A DNA stretch of 52,911 nucleotides, counting the filler, from Asterionella formosa (lineage: Eukaryota), in the NCBI GenBank assembly GCA_002256025.1. It is 4 parts of 4 records of this genome, joined end to end, with 100 filler letters (N's around TTAATTAATTAA, not from the genome) between each part and the next. Parts side by side here need not be neighbours in the genome. Positions count along the whole stretch, not along the records: positions 1 to 13,162 come from NKIB01006910.1; positions 13,263 to 26,418 come from NKIB01006919.1; 2 more parts are not named here. One strand, given 5' to 3'. Positions 1-13,477 of the stretch are shown here, piece by piece. The notes below the pieces were generated by a model, which had not been told where the DNA came from, did no database searches, and was given only the letters and a program-made list of their open reading frames with translations. The first letter of the stretch is position 1, and every line of letters begins with the position of its first letter. The translations under genes were made by a program, and so were the position numbers.

Positions 1-1727
1 TTGTGTGTAGGCTGTGACGGTGTTGTCTCTTCTGCAGCTGGCACAGTCGCTGATCCTCGCTGATCCTTTCCTTTCGACGATTGTCGTAAGACAGGCAGTT
101 TCGTCATTGGTGAACTAAAGGAATGAATTTGGCAGTTCTTCTGAGAAGCTTTTTTCCCATTCAAGCCGTTTTGTTCAATCGGTGTGCGAGATAGTAGTGG
201 GAAGGGAGCGGAGAACGGGTCTGCGGAGTTTCTCTTTCCTGTTGGTATTCCGCCTGCAGCCGAAATTCTTGGCTTTCTTTCCACAGCGTATTTCTTCATG
301 ATATCAAAAAACGAAGGATATGTAGTGTCAGTGTTCGTGTCGTCTCGTTGAGGAAGGCGACGGGCCATCATGTAAGACGGACCGCCATGTTTGCCGAGAC
401 TTCTTTCCGATTCATGTGCGTACGTCCAGTGATGATATCCAATTATATCCGAAAGCTTGACTGCCTCAGGATTTCGGATGACACGGTTCGTGATCTTGTC
501 ACCTCCATATCTCGACACGGCGCCAACGCGGATAAACCCGAATCGTTCGTAGAAAGGAATAGAAGAGTTCGTGGCTTGCAACACAACATACTTGTAATGC
601 TCTTTAGCGATAATGTCATCCAATGCCATTCGCAGGAGGTATTCACCGCATCCAAGCCCGCCGAGTAGGCTGATTTCTGCAATCGTTGGAAATACTACAC
701 CGCCAGCGAGAGGGTCGCCTGATCTAGGTTCTTCTTCGAGTTCCAATGACATGGAACCATCGAAATCACATTTATCACTGATGGAAGTCTCGCCTTCTCG
801 TGGTTGTAACCCGCTGGAAGGATGCATTGAGTCCCATTTGAAATAGTGTGACCACGTCGTAAAAGTAGTAAACATGACAAATCCTTGTAACCAGCCACTT
901 GTTGCATGGCGAATCTGAAATCCATACAAGGGATCATCGATATCGACTCTATCTCGAATGTAATCACGAGAAAGCGGGGCAAAGAAAGGCTTTGTAGCCG
1001 ATCTACCCAAGGTGGCAACATGTCGTCTTAGAGCTGCTGACGTGCAGACTGCAGTCATTTCTGACAGTGAGTCTTCCCAATGATAACGCTCCGTTGGAAT
1101 CCACAACACACTAGATCCATCAACAAATGGTACTAGTTCATCGATATTTTTCAAATTGTCCAGGTGAGGTGCTGCGTGGAACTCGGAAGCAAGACCGGCA
1201 TTGCACAGTCGAGATGGCAATGTTCTTCGTGGAGCCGTGTCTTTGATGGTACCATTGGCAAATTTCTTGTCTTGGACTCTCCACCTTCTAATGAATTCTT
1301 TGTTACGACTGACCTGTGGTACTTCTGACACGAGATATCTGACCTGGTTCTTTTCCAGTGCAATCGATCGTTTCTTTTCGCGGAGTGAACGTTTCAAAGC
1401 TGAATTATTCGATTGCGAAGTTGTTGCCGCTGCTCCCGAATCCTTGGTTGATGTATTTTCTGTTTGAGACAAGCTTCGAGTGTTGTCAATATTCACAAGG
1501 TGTGTTTCTACCAATGCTGTGTCGATTGAAAAATTGCCCCCCGTGCTTTCAACGCGGCGACGCAAATCCGAATGGTGGGAACTCAGGACAAAGTTTGAAA
1601 CGTTTGGAATAATGTAGTTCGTTCCATACACCACATTTTTCTTTTGTATATGATTAGCCAGGGACTCCATGTCAAAGTTCGCCTTCAAGCCTGCATTTTG
1701 AGCTGCCGGGATGGAGATCATGGCCAT
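1..1727 (-). CDS. GNAT-type acetyltransferase domain protein, 3'-truncated by the window edge (about 575 codons visible)
   Basis: Read by hand: ATG at 1727 with an in-frame TGA just upstream, and the frame stays open to position 1, which explains its absence from the ORF track. It contains IAEISLLGGLGCGEYLLRMALDDI...YKYVVLQATNSSIPFYERFGFIRVG, matching GNAT motifs A and B. Confidence 0.8.
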   Translation of the reverse strand, partial: MAMISIPAAQNAGLKANFDMESLANHIQKKNVVYGTNYIIPNVSNFVLSSHHSDLRRRVESTGGNFSIDTALVETHLVNIDNTRSLSQTENTSTKDSGAAATTSQSNNSALKRSLREKKRSIALEKNQVRYLVSEVPQVSRNKEFIRRWRVQDKKFANGTIKDTAPRRTLPSRLCNAGLASEFHAAPHLDNLKNIDELVPFVDGSSVLWIPTERYHWEDSLSEMTAVCTSAALRRHVATLGRSATKPFFAPLSRDYIRDRVDIDDPLYGFQIRHATSGWLQGFVMFTTFTTWSHYFKWDSMHPSSGLQPREGETSISDKCDFDGSMSLELEEEPRSGDPLAGGVVFPTIAEISLLGGLGCGEYLLRMALDDIIAKEHYKYVVLQATNSSIPFYERFGFIRVGAVSRYGGDKITNRVIRNPEAVKLSDIIGYHHWTYAHESERSLGKHGGPSYMMARRLPQRDDTNTDTTYPSFFDIMKKYAVERKPRISAAGGIPTGKRNSADPFSAPFPLLSRTPIEQNGLNGKKASQKNCQIHSFSSPMTKLPVLRQSSKGKDQRGSATVPAAEETTPSQPTH

Positions 1728-2039
1728 TTCTAACGTGAATCAAAAGGTGAAAGCTCAATGTTGCGTGCAAACTAGTACGCAATGGATGAGTCGGCCAAGG
1801 AAACAAAACGAAATCCAAACAATGCATGTCCTGGTTCTACATACCCCCGTGCATTGTTGTCGCTTCGTGTTCGTTTTCCTGTAGACTCTACAACAGAGTC
1901 AGTACAAAAGTATACATTTATTGTTCACACACAAAAATGGATGATATACCGGTAGTTAGTATAGCACTGTTGCACGACATCATAACGATGCGACCGAGGT
2001 GCTGTACGTAGGAGTACTTATACCGGTAGGTACCTGGTA

Positions 2040-3620
2040 CCTACCAAGGAAGGTCCGATAATCGAGATATTTAGCTTTATCTTCTCTTAAGTAAAAAGGT
2101 GTTTTACCGGACCTTCCACGGTCCCTGGTACGCACCTGGCACTGGAAGGTAGTGCACGTTTTATATGCACCTTTTCAGTTTTGATGCTTTCCCAATGGAT
2201 CGTCTCATGCCTGCCAGACGAGCAAGATAGGCCAGCTTTTGATGAAAATAATGTTCCTTGAGTAATTTAGGAAAATGATAGTCTTATTGACTGATGACGA
2301 TTCGCAGAGTCAGTCTCTGAACTCGACTCCGATTTGCTGACTGATGAATGGGTTCAAGAAACCGTCTTTTAACCGTCTTCTAGCTTCGGAATCCACATAG
2401 GAATCCTACCTTTCTACATTTAGAACTTGCTGACAATAACAGAATTTGCGGACTCTGACTAGAACTTGCTGACTACGACAAAAACTTGCAATTCAGAATA
2501 GATTTTCTGAATGATCCTTATGCCTATGAAGTATATGATAGATGAATGAACTCAGCCACTACTGGGGGGGGGNNNNNNNNNNNNNNNNNNNNNNNNNNNN
2601 NNNNNNNNNNNNNNNNNNNNNNNNNNNNNNNNNNNNNNNNNNNNNNNNNNNNNNNNNNNNNNNNNNNNNNNNNNNNNNNNCCCCCCCCCGATTGTATTGC
2701 CAATACTACTTATGATCATAAGCAAACTATGTGGTGTCATATGTATATGCATGGCTGGTCACAGTCATTATCATGCCACATGCAACAGGCTACCGTGGTA
2801 GCTACTGCTAAACTACTGATAAATGGTACCGGTATTTGCAATATCATTCATATATCACATATATACTAGTATGGCTAAGTACTAGGATAGTCCACCTGTA
2901 TATATTTTCAGGGTACCAGGTACCCGAGGTAGCCTTATAGAAGCTAGTAGTATATAATTATTCAGCTTAGATGTTGCAATTTGTTTCTGTATATAAAACG
3001 CCAGAGTGTAGTTCTTGTACACGGCTGGAGAATCCTGCATCATGCCATTTTCGCCTTTACCAGCATGTCAAAAATAACGAATTTCTTCATGGAAAAAGAA
3101 AACGACGCTATGCTATCTGGTAAATATATCTAACACAATGTAGATAATACTATCGTAAAAAAATAATTGCAATAGCACTAATAATGACATCAAAAATTGA
3201 AGTTGCCGGTGGCGCATTGCTTCACATAGTTCAGTTGATGCACAATTCAAAACGACGAAGTTATCAACAGAGTTTACCCGTGCTTTTACAGCACGCAGCA
3301 CACTACACAACAGTTATCTGTAGGTCGAACGAAATTTTGTTTGATTCTCTTATTACGAATAGAAAATGCTGATTTTTTGATTGGTGAATTCCATTAGCGA
3401 ACCATCATCCAGTTGCTGAATACCATTACCAGTAGTAGGTGGTGAACACGATTTCGATGAAAAGAAGACGACTTAGATTTAATGAATGATAATTTAACAT
3501 TGGAGAGCGATACTTAAGAATGAAAATCCAGTCTATGATCTCATCTGGCAGGCATGAGACAATCCATTGGGAGTGCTGTCAAAACTGAAATGATGCGCTA
3601 CCGGACCTTCCTGGTGCCTG
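2040..3620. mobile_element. Non-autonomous TIR (MITE-like) element remnant, spanning an N gap
   Basis: About 50-bp inverted repeat: 2173-2222 TTTCAGTTTTGATGCTTTCCCAATGGATCGTCTCATGCCTGCCAGACGAG versus 3540-3590 CTCATCTGGCAGGCATGAGACAATCCATTGGGAGTGCTGTCAAAACTGAAA. The terminal motif GGAAGGTCCG (2048-2057) has inverted copies CGGACCTTCC at 2108-2117 and 3602-3611. No clear TSD and no transposase ORF. Confidence 0.6.
2421..2490. repeat. Short degenerate tandem repeat, period 39 bp
   Basis: TAGAACTTGCTGAC at 2421 and again at 2460, each followed by similar sequence. Confidence 0.55.
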
Positions 3621-4968
3621 AAGCTTGCTAGAAGCTGTGGTACATTTGATGACAAGAAAATTTTGGATATTGCAGATATTCATGCCTGAAGGCCTAAAAC
3701 TTAAAATAAATAGGCTGACCAGCATGGGAGACAGTTATCTTTCATTCGTGGCATGCTTATTTTGAATAGATTTCTCCTAGAACTCAATTTGGCTCAACAC
3801 AAACTATTCTAGGGTGAAAGCCATTCCCCCATTCTGAAACCCCTAAATCAAAACAAGATTAGGAGTTTTACAGGAGAACAAGATTCCAATGGGGACCTCA
3901 GAGGCACAGATAAGAATATGTTTACCAACAGCATATAATAATGACTGTACATTTGCAAGGCTGATAATACATAAATACTTGGGTTAAATATCAATATCAA
4001 TATAATATCATAAAATTTGTTTGAACATAAAAGTTCCTGGAACAGGTTTACTGGTGGTACCAGTAATAGTAATAGTAATAGTAACAACATCTTGACAATG
4101 CATGATGATATGCCTATTGTTAACAGACTCCGCCAGTGCTGTAACCATTGGTTGCGGTACTAATGTGCTATATGCCGAAAATGACAAAACAATAGCTCTA
4201 TACCGACAGCATCTTCCGTTTTTGGGAATTTGTCGTAAACTAACTTCATGTACGACAAAGTTCAATTATGACAATTTTGTCGTAAATGAGATTCAGATTG
4301 TTATGGTAATTTTGCCTAAATTTACAGTTTAATATGGAATAAAGATAACTATCGGTACGGTAAATCTTTAAATTCAGCACAATTGCCGCAATTTCTGGTA
4401 CTGGTAGTTCAGTGAATATTGAGTACCGGTCCGGTACCTGGCACCAGGTACGTTGAGGGGAAATAACGGTACCTGGTACATGTGCGCGCTGTCCGGATGT
4501 GGGTACCTGGTACTGTAGCTAGTACCAGGTACACAAACCACAGTAGAGTTTCTCAGCACGACCATCTCCACTCAAAAAAAATTAGCGAATGCTTGAGATT
4601 TCGACATGATTCTAAAACGTCTGACCGCGGGTCCGCCTAAGAATGGTGCTGCGTCAGCATCAGTCTGGACCAGGCTGTAGGCAAGCATCCTCTGAAGCGT
4701 GAAGCAATAATACATTTAAATATATTTATGTATTAGAAAGAAGAATAAAAGGATGATGGAGCAGACTAAATCAAAAATAATTTATGATATATATTAAATA
4801 GAGAATCATGCCATCTACATTTATGTATGTGAACTTTTTGAAATATTTTATTATTCCACTGTGGTCGAATAATCTTTCCTGGAAGTCATGTGCTGTGTGT
4901 ATCCATCAATTTCCCGCCACAAATAATTTTGTTGCTTCTCGAACAATCCAAAACCCCGGCGATCAACC

Positions 4969-7320
<2,352 letters not shown>

Positions 7321-7573
7321 AATTAGAGTTAACCGCATGGTCCAACTGGATTTTAGAACTTTTACTTGAGAGAGCGACAGTATTAATCACAGCTGATCCT
7401 CCACGACTAATTGTAGAAACCATGGACATGAAAGGTAGGTAGTGCACATCATATTGTTTTTGTTTATTGATTTGTCGCGATCGTTGTCGAACGACGAATT
7501 GATCATGTTTCATGGGACGATAAAAGGCAAATTCGTAATGTCAGAATCTTCTTTTTGCGAGTGCTTCATGACG

Positions 7574-8515
7574 CTAAGTGGTGCCACTCGAGCTGGATCT
7601 TTTCCAATACCGTTCAACTGCTGGTTTCCTGTCACCCTTGTCCCAATCTTCATGTCCAAGCTGTTTCAGTAACTCATCCATTACATAGTCGACATCAGCA
7701 TGTAGCTTCAGCGTCGCCACTTGGTCATACGGCGTCTGCTGAAAATTCACGATGGCAAATTTCCTTGCCAAAGTTGGTAAGGATCCTGCTGGAGTTATCC
7801 GTAAGGAGCTTCCCAATACAATAACCAAATCCGCTTGTTCGCATTCTTCTTTGCAACGAGCAAAATCTGCCTCCGGAAGCTCGTCGTCCCAATCCAGTAA
7901 CATGTCCCTAAGGTCGCCTCCACAATGATCACATTTTCGCCCTGTCGTTTTAAAACTCATGCCACCCACATCAAAATCTCTAAAATGTTCAGTATTGCAT
8001 TTCTCACACTCCTCTGTGAAGACACAACCATGCAAGACTGCATGCCGGTCTCTAGATAGCCCCGACCTTCGGTGTAGTCCATCGACATTCTGAGTAATGA
8101 CAAAGTCGAGAATTCCCAAGTCAATCATTTTGACCAAAGCTCTGTGTGTTAGACTGGGCGAGGCTTTCGAGAAATCCATCACCTCTTTGGAGTCTCGCTT
8201 CCGTTTCTTTTCGTTCGTCCAAATGCCATTGGGACCACGAAAATCAGGAATTCCAGCGTTGGTCGATATCCCCGCCCCAGTCAGGACAACGATTCGATTG
8301 GCCCCTCGTACAAGCTCAGTGAGCTTTTTCATTTTCAGCAGTAGGGTCCGACCAGTATCACGTCGTTCTGGCAAGCCACAAACGCCCTGGATGAGGAGAG
8401 GTGGTGCGTGGTAGTTAGGACGTTCAAGTGAAAGGCTTCGAACTGGGCTCCTCTGCAATGACAAACGCACCTTGTTGCCGTATGGTGACAGCCTCGAAGC
8501 ATAACCTTCTGACAT
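7574..8515 (-). CDS. SIRT6: NAD-dependent deacylase, class IV sirtuin (SIRT6-like); exons 8515-8471 and 8386-7574
   Basis: Motifs GAGISTNAGIPDFRGPNGIWT, ITQNVDGLH, LHG, CxxC...CxxC and LGSSL. After removing an 84-nt GT-AG intron (8387-8470), the N-terminus MSEGYASRLSPYGNK|GVCGLPE matches the SIRT6 N-terminal signature. Confidence 0.9.
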   Translation of the reverse strand: MSEGYASRLSPYGNKVRLSLQRSPVRSLSLERPNYHAPPLLIQGVCGLPERRDTGRTLLLKMKKLTELVRGANRIVVLTGAGISTNAGIPDFRGPNGIWTNEKKRKRDSKEVMDFSKASPSLTHRALVKMIDLGILDFVITQNVDGLHRRSGLSRDRHAVLHGCVFTEECEKCNTEHFRDFDVGGMSFKTTGRKCDHCGGDLRDMLLDWDDELPEADFARCKEECEQADLVIVLGSSLRITPAGSLPTLARKFAIVNFQQTPYDQVATLKLHADVDYVMDELLKQLGHEDWDKGDRKPAVERYWKRSSSSGTT

Positions 8516-9429
8516 TTTTTCGCAGCGTCGACACTTGAGCTGCAGTTTTTATCCCTTCCGTATGGCACAAACAACTATTTTTAATGACTGTCTCGAAGAT
8601 CCTTTCAGGAAAATGGCGAGAAGAAAATACTTCATTTGTACTACCAGGTACCACCCTGGAACGCCTGGTGCACTCGGTACTCCGTACTGCTGTGTTACAC
8701 TCCTGTACATCACAATGCATCAGCACGGCCGCAACTGCCAGCAAGTGCGTTGCGGTCATTTTGCCGAAACTGAAAAACGACGCGAGTAGCGCGCAGGCAC
8801 TCAAAAATTGGGTGCTCTTCGAATAAAAAAAAGCTTTTGCACACTACCAGTGTGTTATAGCATAAATTATTGTACTCATGATGCACAAATTTGGTCAACA
8901 CAAACACAAAAAGAAATTTAGTAAGAAATAACAAGGCAATATATAAAAATGTGTGTATTCATGTATGACTACATATAATTTCCTGGAATATTTCAAGACT
9001 TGCATGCTCATACCCAAAATGGCTTGATCTCAGCAAAATAGGTATTCATATGCATGTACACATCAATCAGCCTTATGTAGCTCATCGGTGTCTTCAATCA
9101 CAGCCATGATGTCATCATCCTCTTCCGGTCAAAGGAGATCAGCCAGAGAGGGTGTCCCTTCCTCTCCAGCATGGCGGCTTGAACGTCAATTAATTGGTAT
9201 TTTGAAGTTTGCCAATTGACTTGTACATCATGTGGTATTCACTTTTTATTCGATGGAAAATTCTACCCATAGTGGAAGCTAGCGTGCTAGTAATTAACTA
9301 GCACCATGTAGAAAGCTAGTCATATGATTGTTTGCATAGCAACACCAGCAGTACCTAACAGTACAATATAGTGCCTTTACTCCCTGATTTGTCGTGTAAT
9401 GATGTTACATGTCATATTAACACATCAGT

Positions 9430-9458
9430 AAATCAAATCAAATCAAATCAAATCAAAT
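9430..9458. repeat. (AAATC)n pentanucleotide microsatellite
   Basis: Five full AAATC units plus a partial one, in AT-rich intergenic DNA. Confidence 0.85.
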
Positions 9459-11141
9459 GTATATACTCATTTATCAGAAACAATGAGAATGTAATAAAAT
9501 GTATGCTGCTAGTAGTATATGTAGTAAAAGCTAGACTAAATAAGTAGCTGTGAATTTCCACCAACGGTGGGTCAATCAATAAGGATTTCATTGATAATTT
9601 GGGACAATGCAAGATCTTGGCCATACACCTTGAAGATTCGGTCAATTGCTGTATAAGCAGCCACTGTAATGACCACATCTAAAAACGACCACATGTCATC
9701 TGCTCTGCAACTGAATCCCCTACAACCTTGCACCGATAGTAACAAATAAACTTACCATTCCTTCCCCTCTTAACCCTTTTAACAGCCTAGTTGCCTTTCT
9801 CTCATCCAGCAATTTCAACTTCAATCTCCTGAAATATTAAGCATGAAAAACAATATTTGGCTTTATGATTCATTGAAATACCAGGCCTTTGCAAGGCTAG
9901 CACTGGAATTTTGCATCCAGCCACCATACGTAGCTAGGACTTAAATATCCCAATGTATAAGAGATACTACATACCAGTGATCAAAGTACTTCATGCATGC
10001 TTCTTGTTAGTTTTGGCAACAACCTCACTTAATTTTGCTGCCCAAGACAGTAGTACCAGTAGTATATAATTGTAGATTAATATTGGTTGTTTTGATCAAT
10101 TTTGCAGATATAGCAAAAAGTTTTGATTTGGCAGATAAAGTAAACTTTACTCGAATCAAGCAATGATCCAATGACTCAAAGTAAACTTTGCTCGAATTGA
10201 AACAGTGAAACAAGCAAGACAAGATAACGAATCGGGTAAAACTTATGGCTCAGGTGTGGCTCTAACAGATGTTCATGAGGCAGCAGCAAGAAAGGACACA
10301 ACAAGAAATGAACAATACAAACATTGCAGCGAAATGATCATCAAACGAAAAGCAGCGCATTGTGCCCATTCTTTCAAGTAAAAATGCATTCGACTGGTAT
10401 CTGCAAAGAACCGGTGATCACCAAAGGGAATGTTACATGTGTATCCAGTGTGGCTGGCATGGGTTTACAAGATCTTGCAAACCAGGCCAATCTAGTAATG
10501 GAAGTGAGTAATTTGCAGTAGCCAATCAGTATATAAAAATACTGCGCGCACTTACTATGGAATTTTTAGGGCAGGAAATTTTACAACTTAATATTGAATC
10601 ATAAGACTCTGATTTGGATGATGATGTTCCAGCACTAAGTATTTCTGATTCTGATATTTTGGAGATAGTTGAAAGTGTGCGCTAGTTGGTATGCTGTTGT
10701 TACTTTGGTTGCCGTGCGTAAGATTTAACATGTACCAACACTCCGTACCTCTTTTCGGTACCCGGGTACCTGGTACATGTACAAAATACGCACCGGATTG
10801 ATTTGGCTGCTGCGTGTCCCCGTGTGCTCTTCAACACACTCATCTCCGGGTTATGATTACGTCGCTCACCACAGGCACCTTTGTCATCGCTAATGATGAT
10901 TTGTGTATTGTGTTCCCGCATCATTGCCATCTTTTCGCCTCCTGCGTGTTTGTCCTTCGCATTCGACATCCCTAGTACTACAATTGCGTAGACAAGTACT
11001 GAGAAATCTGCAACAGTTGTTGTATCCGACATGCACATCGGTAGTCGTTGCTTTCATTCCATAGACTTCGTCAGGCGACTCAGAAAAGCTCACAAAACGA
11101 ACCTTCTCACACTGAACACTCAACGCACATACAGCCTCATC

Positions 11142-11384
11142 ATGTCTCTCCTTCGTCAATTTTCCAAGGCCATCATGCCAGCTCTGGATCGCGATCTCGG
11201 TCGTTGTATCGGCAAAGAGCTATCGTCGATGGACGATATGGTTTCAAACTTCTTGGCCCCAAGTGTCTACGGATATGAGAAAGCTATCCCCAGGGGAGCC
11301 TTTGGAGCCACTATGAAGCACAACGAGCCTCAGCGATTCATCAAGGTAAACTACCCCATTCCCCAACCCGGCCTATTCAAGTAA
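11142..11384 (+). CDS. Small hypothetical protein, 80 aa
   Basis: ATG in the context ATCATGTCT after a C/A-rich leader. GC content is gene-like and the ORF converges with the next gene. Sequence MSLLRQFSKAIMPALDRDLG...PQPGLFK; no family recognised. Confidence 0.55.
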   Translation: MSLLRQFSKAIMPALDRDLGRCIGKELSSMDDMVSNFLAPSVYGYEKAIPRGAFGATMKHNEPQRFIKVNYPIPQPGLFK

Positions 11385-11596
11385 ATAGACTGCAAGGCAA
11401 GGACTACCGGCAACTTTGCTCCTATGGGGATTTATGTGTCAACAGGTGCAGAGGGCAAAGGAAGCATTGCAAGCAACGAACCTTTCACGAACATGCATGC
11501 ACAATCTGCACCTCTATACGAAATAGATCGACCGAAGTCAAACGATAAACTGAAATATTCTAACGAGCGATCTCCTAATGCCAAGTAAAGCAATTG

Positions 11597-12673
11597 TTAT
11601 GGCCACTCTCGTTTATGAATGAAATCTGTTTCGTCCACCCAAAGCACTTTCGGGATTTGATTCCCTGCACAGTCTGTAGATGAAGTGGTAGCAAGCATAC
11701 CGTACACTGCCTTACCTACTCCTTTCCTTCTCGCAGTCGTGATATCTACATTACCGCAGTCATGTGAACAAGTTTCGTCCACCACTTCTGTGCCGAGTCC
11801 CAAATCAAAGAATCGTACCCTAGAGGAACCAGGAGTACTTACAGCCAACAAATCTTTCGATTGCAAGCCCACTGAAAACTCATGAAGTGCGGCAAACGTT
11901 GGAAATCTCCCATCCTTGCTCCCAACGCAGACCTCCCATTTACTTTTATGTGTACCGACTTGACAGACATTCCAATCCGACCTTTGCCCTTGTTTCTGAA
12001 ACACTCTCACAGTACCGTCCCAGCAAGCCAGTGCTATTATTCTGGTACTCTTGCTGAATACCAAACTTGTAGCACGCTCCAATCCAATAGTCAGTGTCGT
12101 GCACCAAATGGTTTTCGGCTGACTGCCGCTCACGTCGTCGACACTCCAAACGCCGAGATCCAGCCCGGATACAACGGCTATATAGGCACCAGCTGCACAC
12201 ATGGCATGTACTCCGTTGCAGCGAAATAGCTCGACTGGTTCTGATGGATCAGATGAGCCATCACAATTATTTTCCACAAGATTTGATAGCAAATATACCC
12301 AGGCACCACTGCTATTGCCAACTACTATGATATCTCTGATCGCAACGAGGTGAGATGCAAGATATCGATACTCGTTCATGTGAATTTGTAACCACATCCC
12401 TCTGTTTTCCTGCCTTTGAAAGATCCTAAGAGCGGAGAAGACACCTCCTTTCTTAGTAGGATTCTCCTTGGTAAGCACTAGCAAAGTACCGTCATCTGTC
12501 CAGTAGTGGTCGATAATTCCATCGTGTTGCCCTGTATCTACTAGCTCTTTGAAGGAAAGGTTGTCGATAGAATGAATCAATAGACCACCAAGTGGTTTGT
12601 GTTTGGGTATCTGAGAGCAAGACTTTCCGTCGGGGTGAAGTCTCAGCCGACCGGCAAAGTCAGCTGATGCCAT
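11597..12673 (-). CDS. WD40/beta-propeller-like hypothetical protein, 358 aa
   Basis: Long ORF with beta-rich repeats such as ATSLVFSKSTRIIALACWDGTVRVFQ and LLAVSTPGSSRVRFFDL. Confidence 0.7.
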   Translation of the reverse strand: MASADFAGRLRLHPDGKSCSQIPKHKPLGGLLIHSIDNLSFKELVDTGQHDGIIDHYWTDDGTLLVLTKENPTKKGGVFSALRIFQRQENRGMWLQIHMNEYRYLASHLVAIRDIIVVGNSSGAWVYLLSNLVENNCDGSSDPSEPVELFRCNGVHAMCAAGAYIAVVSGLDLGVWSVDDVSGSQPKTIWCTTLTIGLERATSLVFSKSTRIIALACWDGTVRVFQKQGQRSDWNVCQVGTHKSKWEVCVGSKDGRFPTFAALHEFSVGLQSKDLLAVSTPGSSRVRFFDLGLGTEVVDETCSHDCGNVDITTARRKGVGKAVYGMLATTSSTDCAGNQIPKVLWVDETDFIHKREWP

Positions 12674-13162
12674 GGCTTTACGGTTCCGGTATTGAAAACT
12701 AAGGGCTCTGCATTAGAATGGGAAGTGGAACACTGGAATGGGAAGCTTGGTGTCTGATGATTGTTACGTTTTATCACTGGAGTACTTGGTATTCCTCTGT
12801 TCCGGTATCATGCCGGTAGTTGCAACCAAACTTTACGGCTTGGCCGATCATGAAGCTCAAGAAGCTCCGACAATCATCCGGAGATCAGCCCCGCCTCCTA
12901 TTAAAAAATTATTCCGAACCGACTGGTGTATACCGGTCTGGACACCGGTATACCGGGAACGTAGTCGTAAAAAATTAAACTCCCAGTAAAACCCGTAGTG
13001 GAGGCTAGCGCTAGTATGTAACTACCTGGTACCAGTGTCAAGATTTAGTACTGCGTGCATATTAGTTCAGTCGAACTAATCAATCTTGAATAATATTCCA
13101 GCCAAAATCCCGTATTGAAATGCTGTGAGAATTTGAACAGCATTGATTGCCAAGAACTATAT

Positions 13163-13262
13163 NNNNNNNNNNNNNNNNNNNNNNNNNNNNNNNNNNNNNN
13201 NNNNNNTTAATTAATTAANNNNNNNNNNNNNNNNNNNNNNNNNNNNNNNNNNNNNNNNNNNN
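13163..13262. other. Assembly gap with artificial linker
   Basis: 44 N + TTAATTAATTAA (stops in all six frames) + 44 N. Confidence 0.95.
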
Positions 13263-13477
13263 CCTGTGCCTGCCTGAGATCCTCACGGGCTCCTTCCTGT
13301 GTGGTGTGCAAAGTAATGTAAATAAAACAATCAAAAGACCAAAGACTATACTATTGTCTGGCTCAATTGACAGTTTCCCTTCTTCCTTCATAGAATGTCT
13401 ATTAGTGGTCTTGCTGCCTCGATTCGAGCTGTAACAGGTATGCCTTGTGTGTAGTGCGCCTTCCACCTTCGTTCCTG

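Noticed and set aside
2421..2490. CRISPR-like repeat-spacer array (also considered at 32082-32174)
   Set aside because: Only two units each, eukaryotic context and no cas genes; these are simple duplications.
4865..4945. Heat-shock element upstream of HSP70
   Set aside because: Only a two-unit TTCTCGAA about 25 nt before the ATG plus mis-spaced GAA/TTC words; no three-unit nGAAn array.
13207..13218. TTAATTAATTAA palindrome, also at 26463-26474 and 39717-39728
   Set aside because: Identical, centred in exact 100-bp N blocks, and gives stops in all six frames. It is an artificial contig linker, not a TTAA target site.
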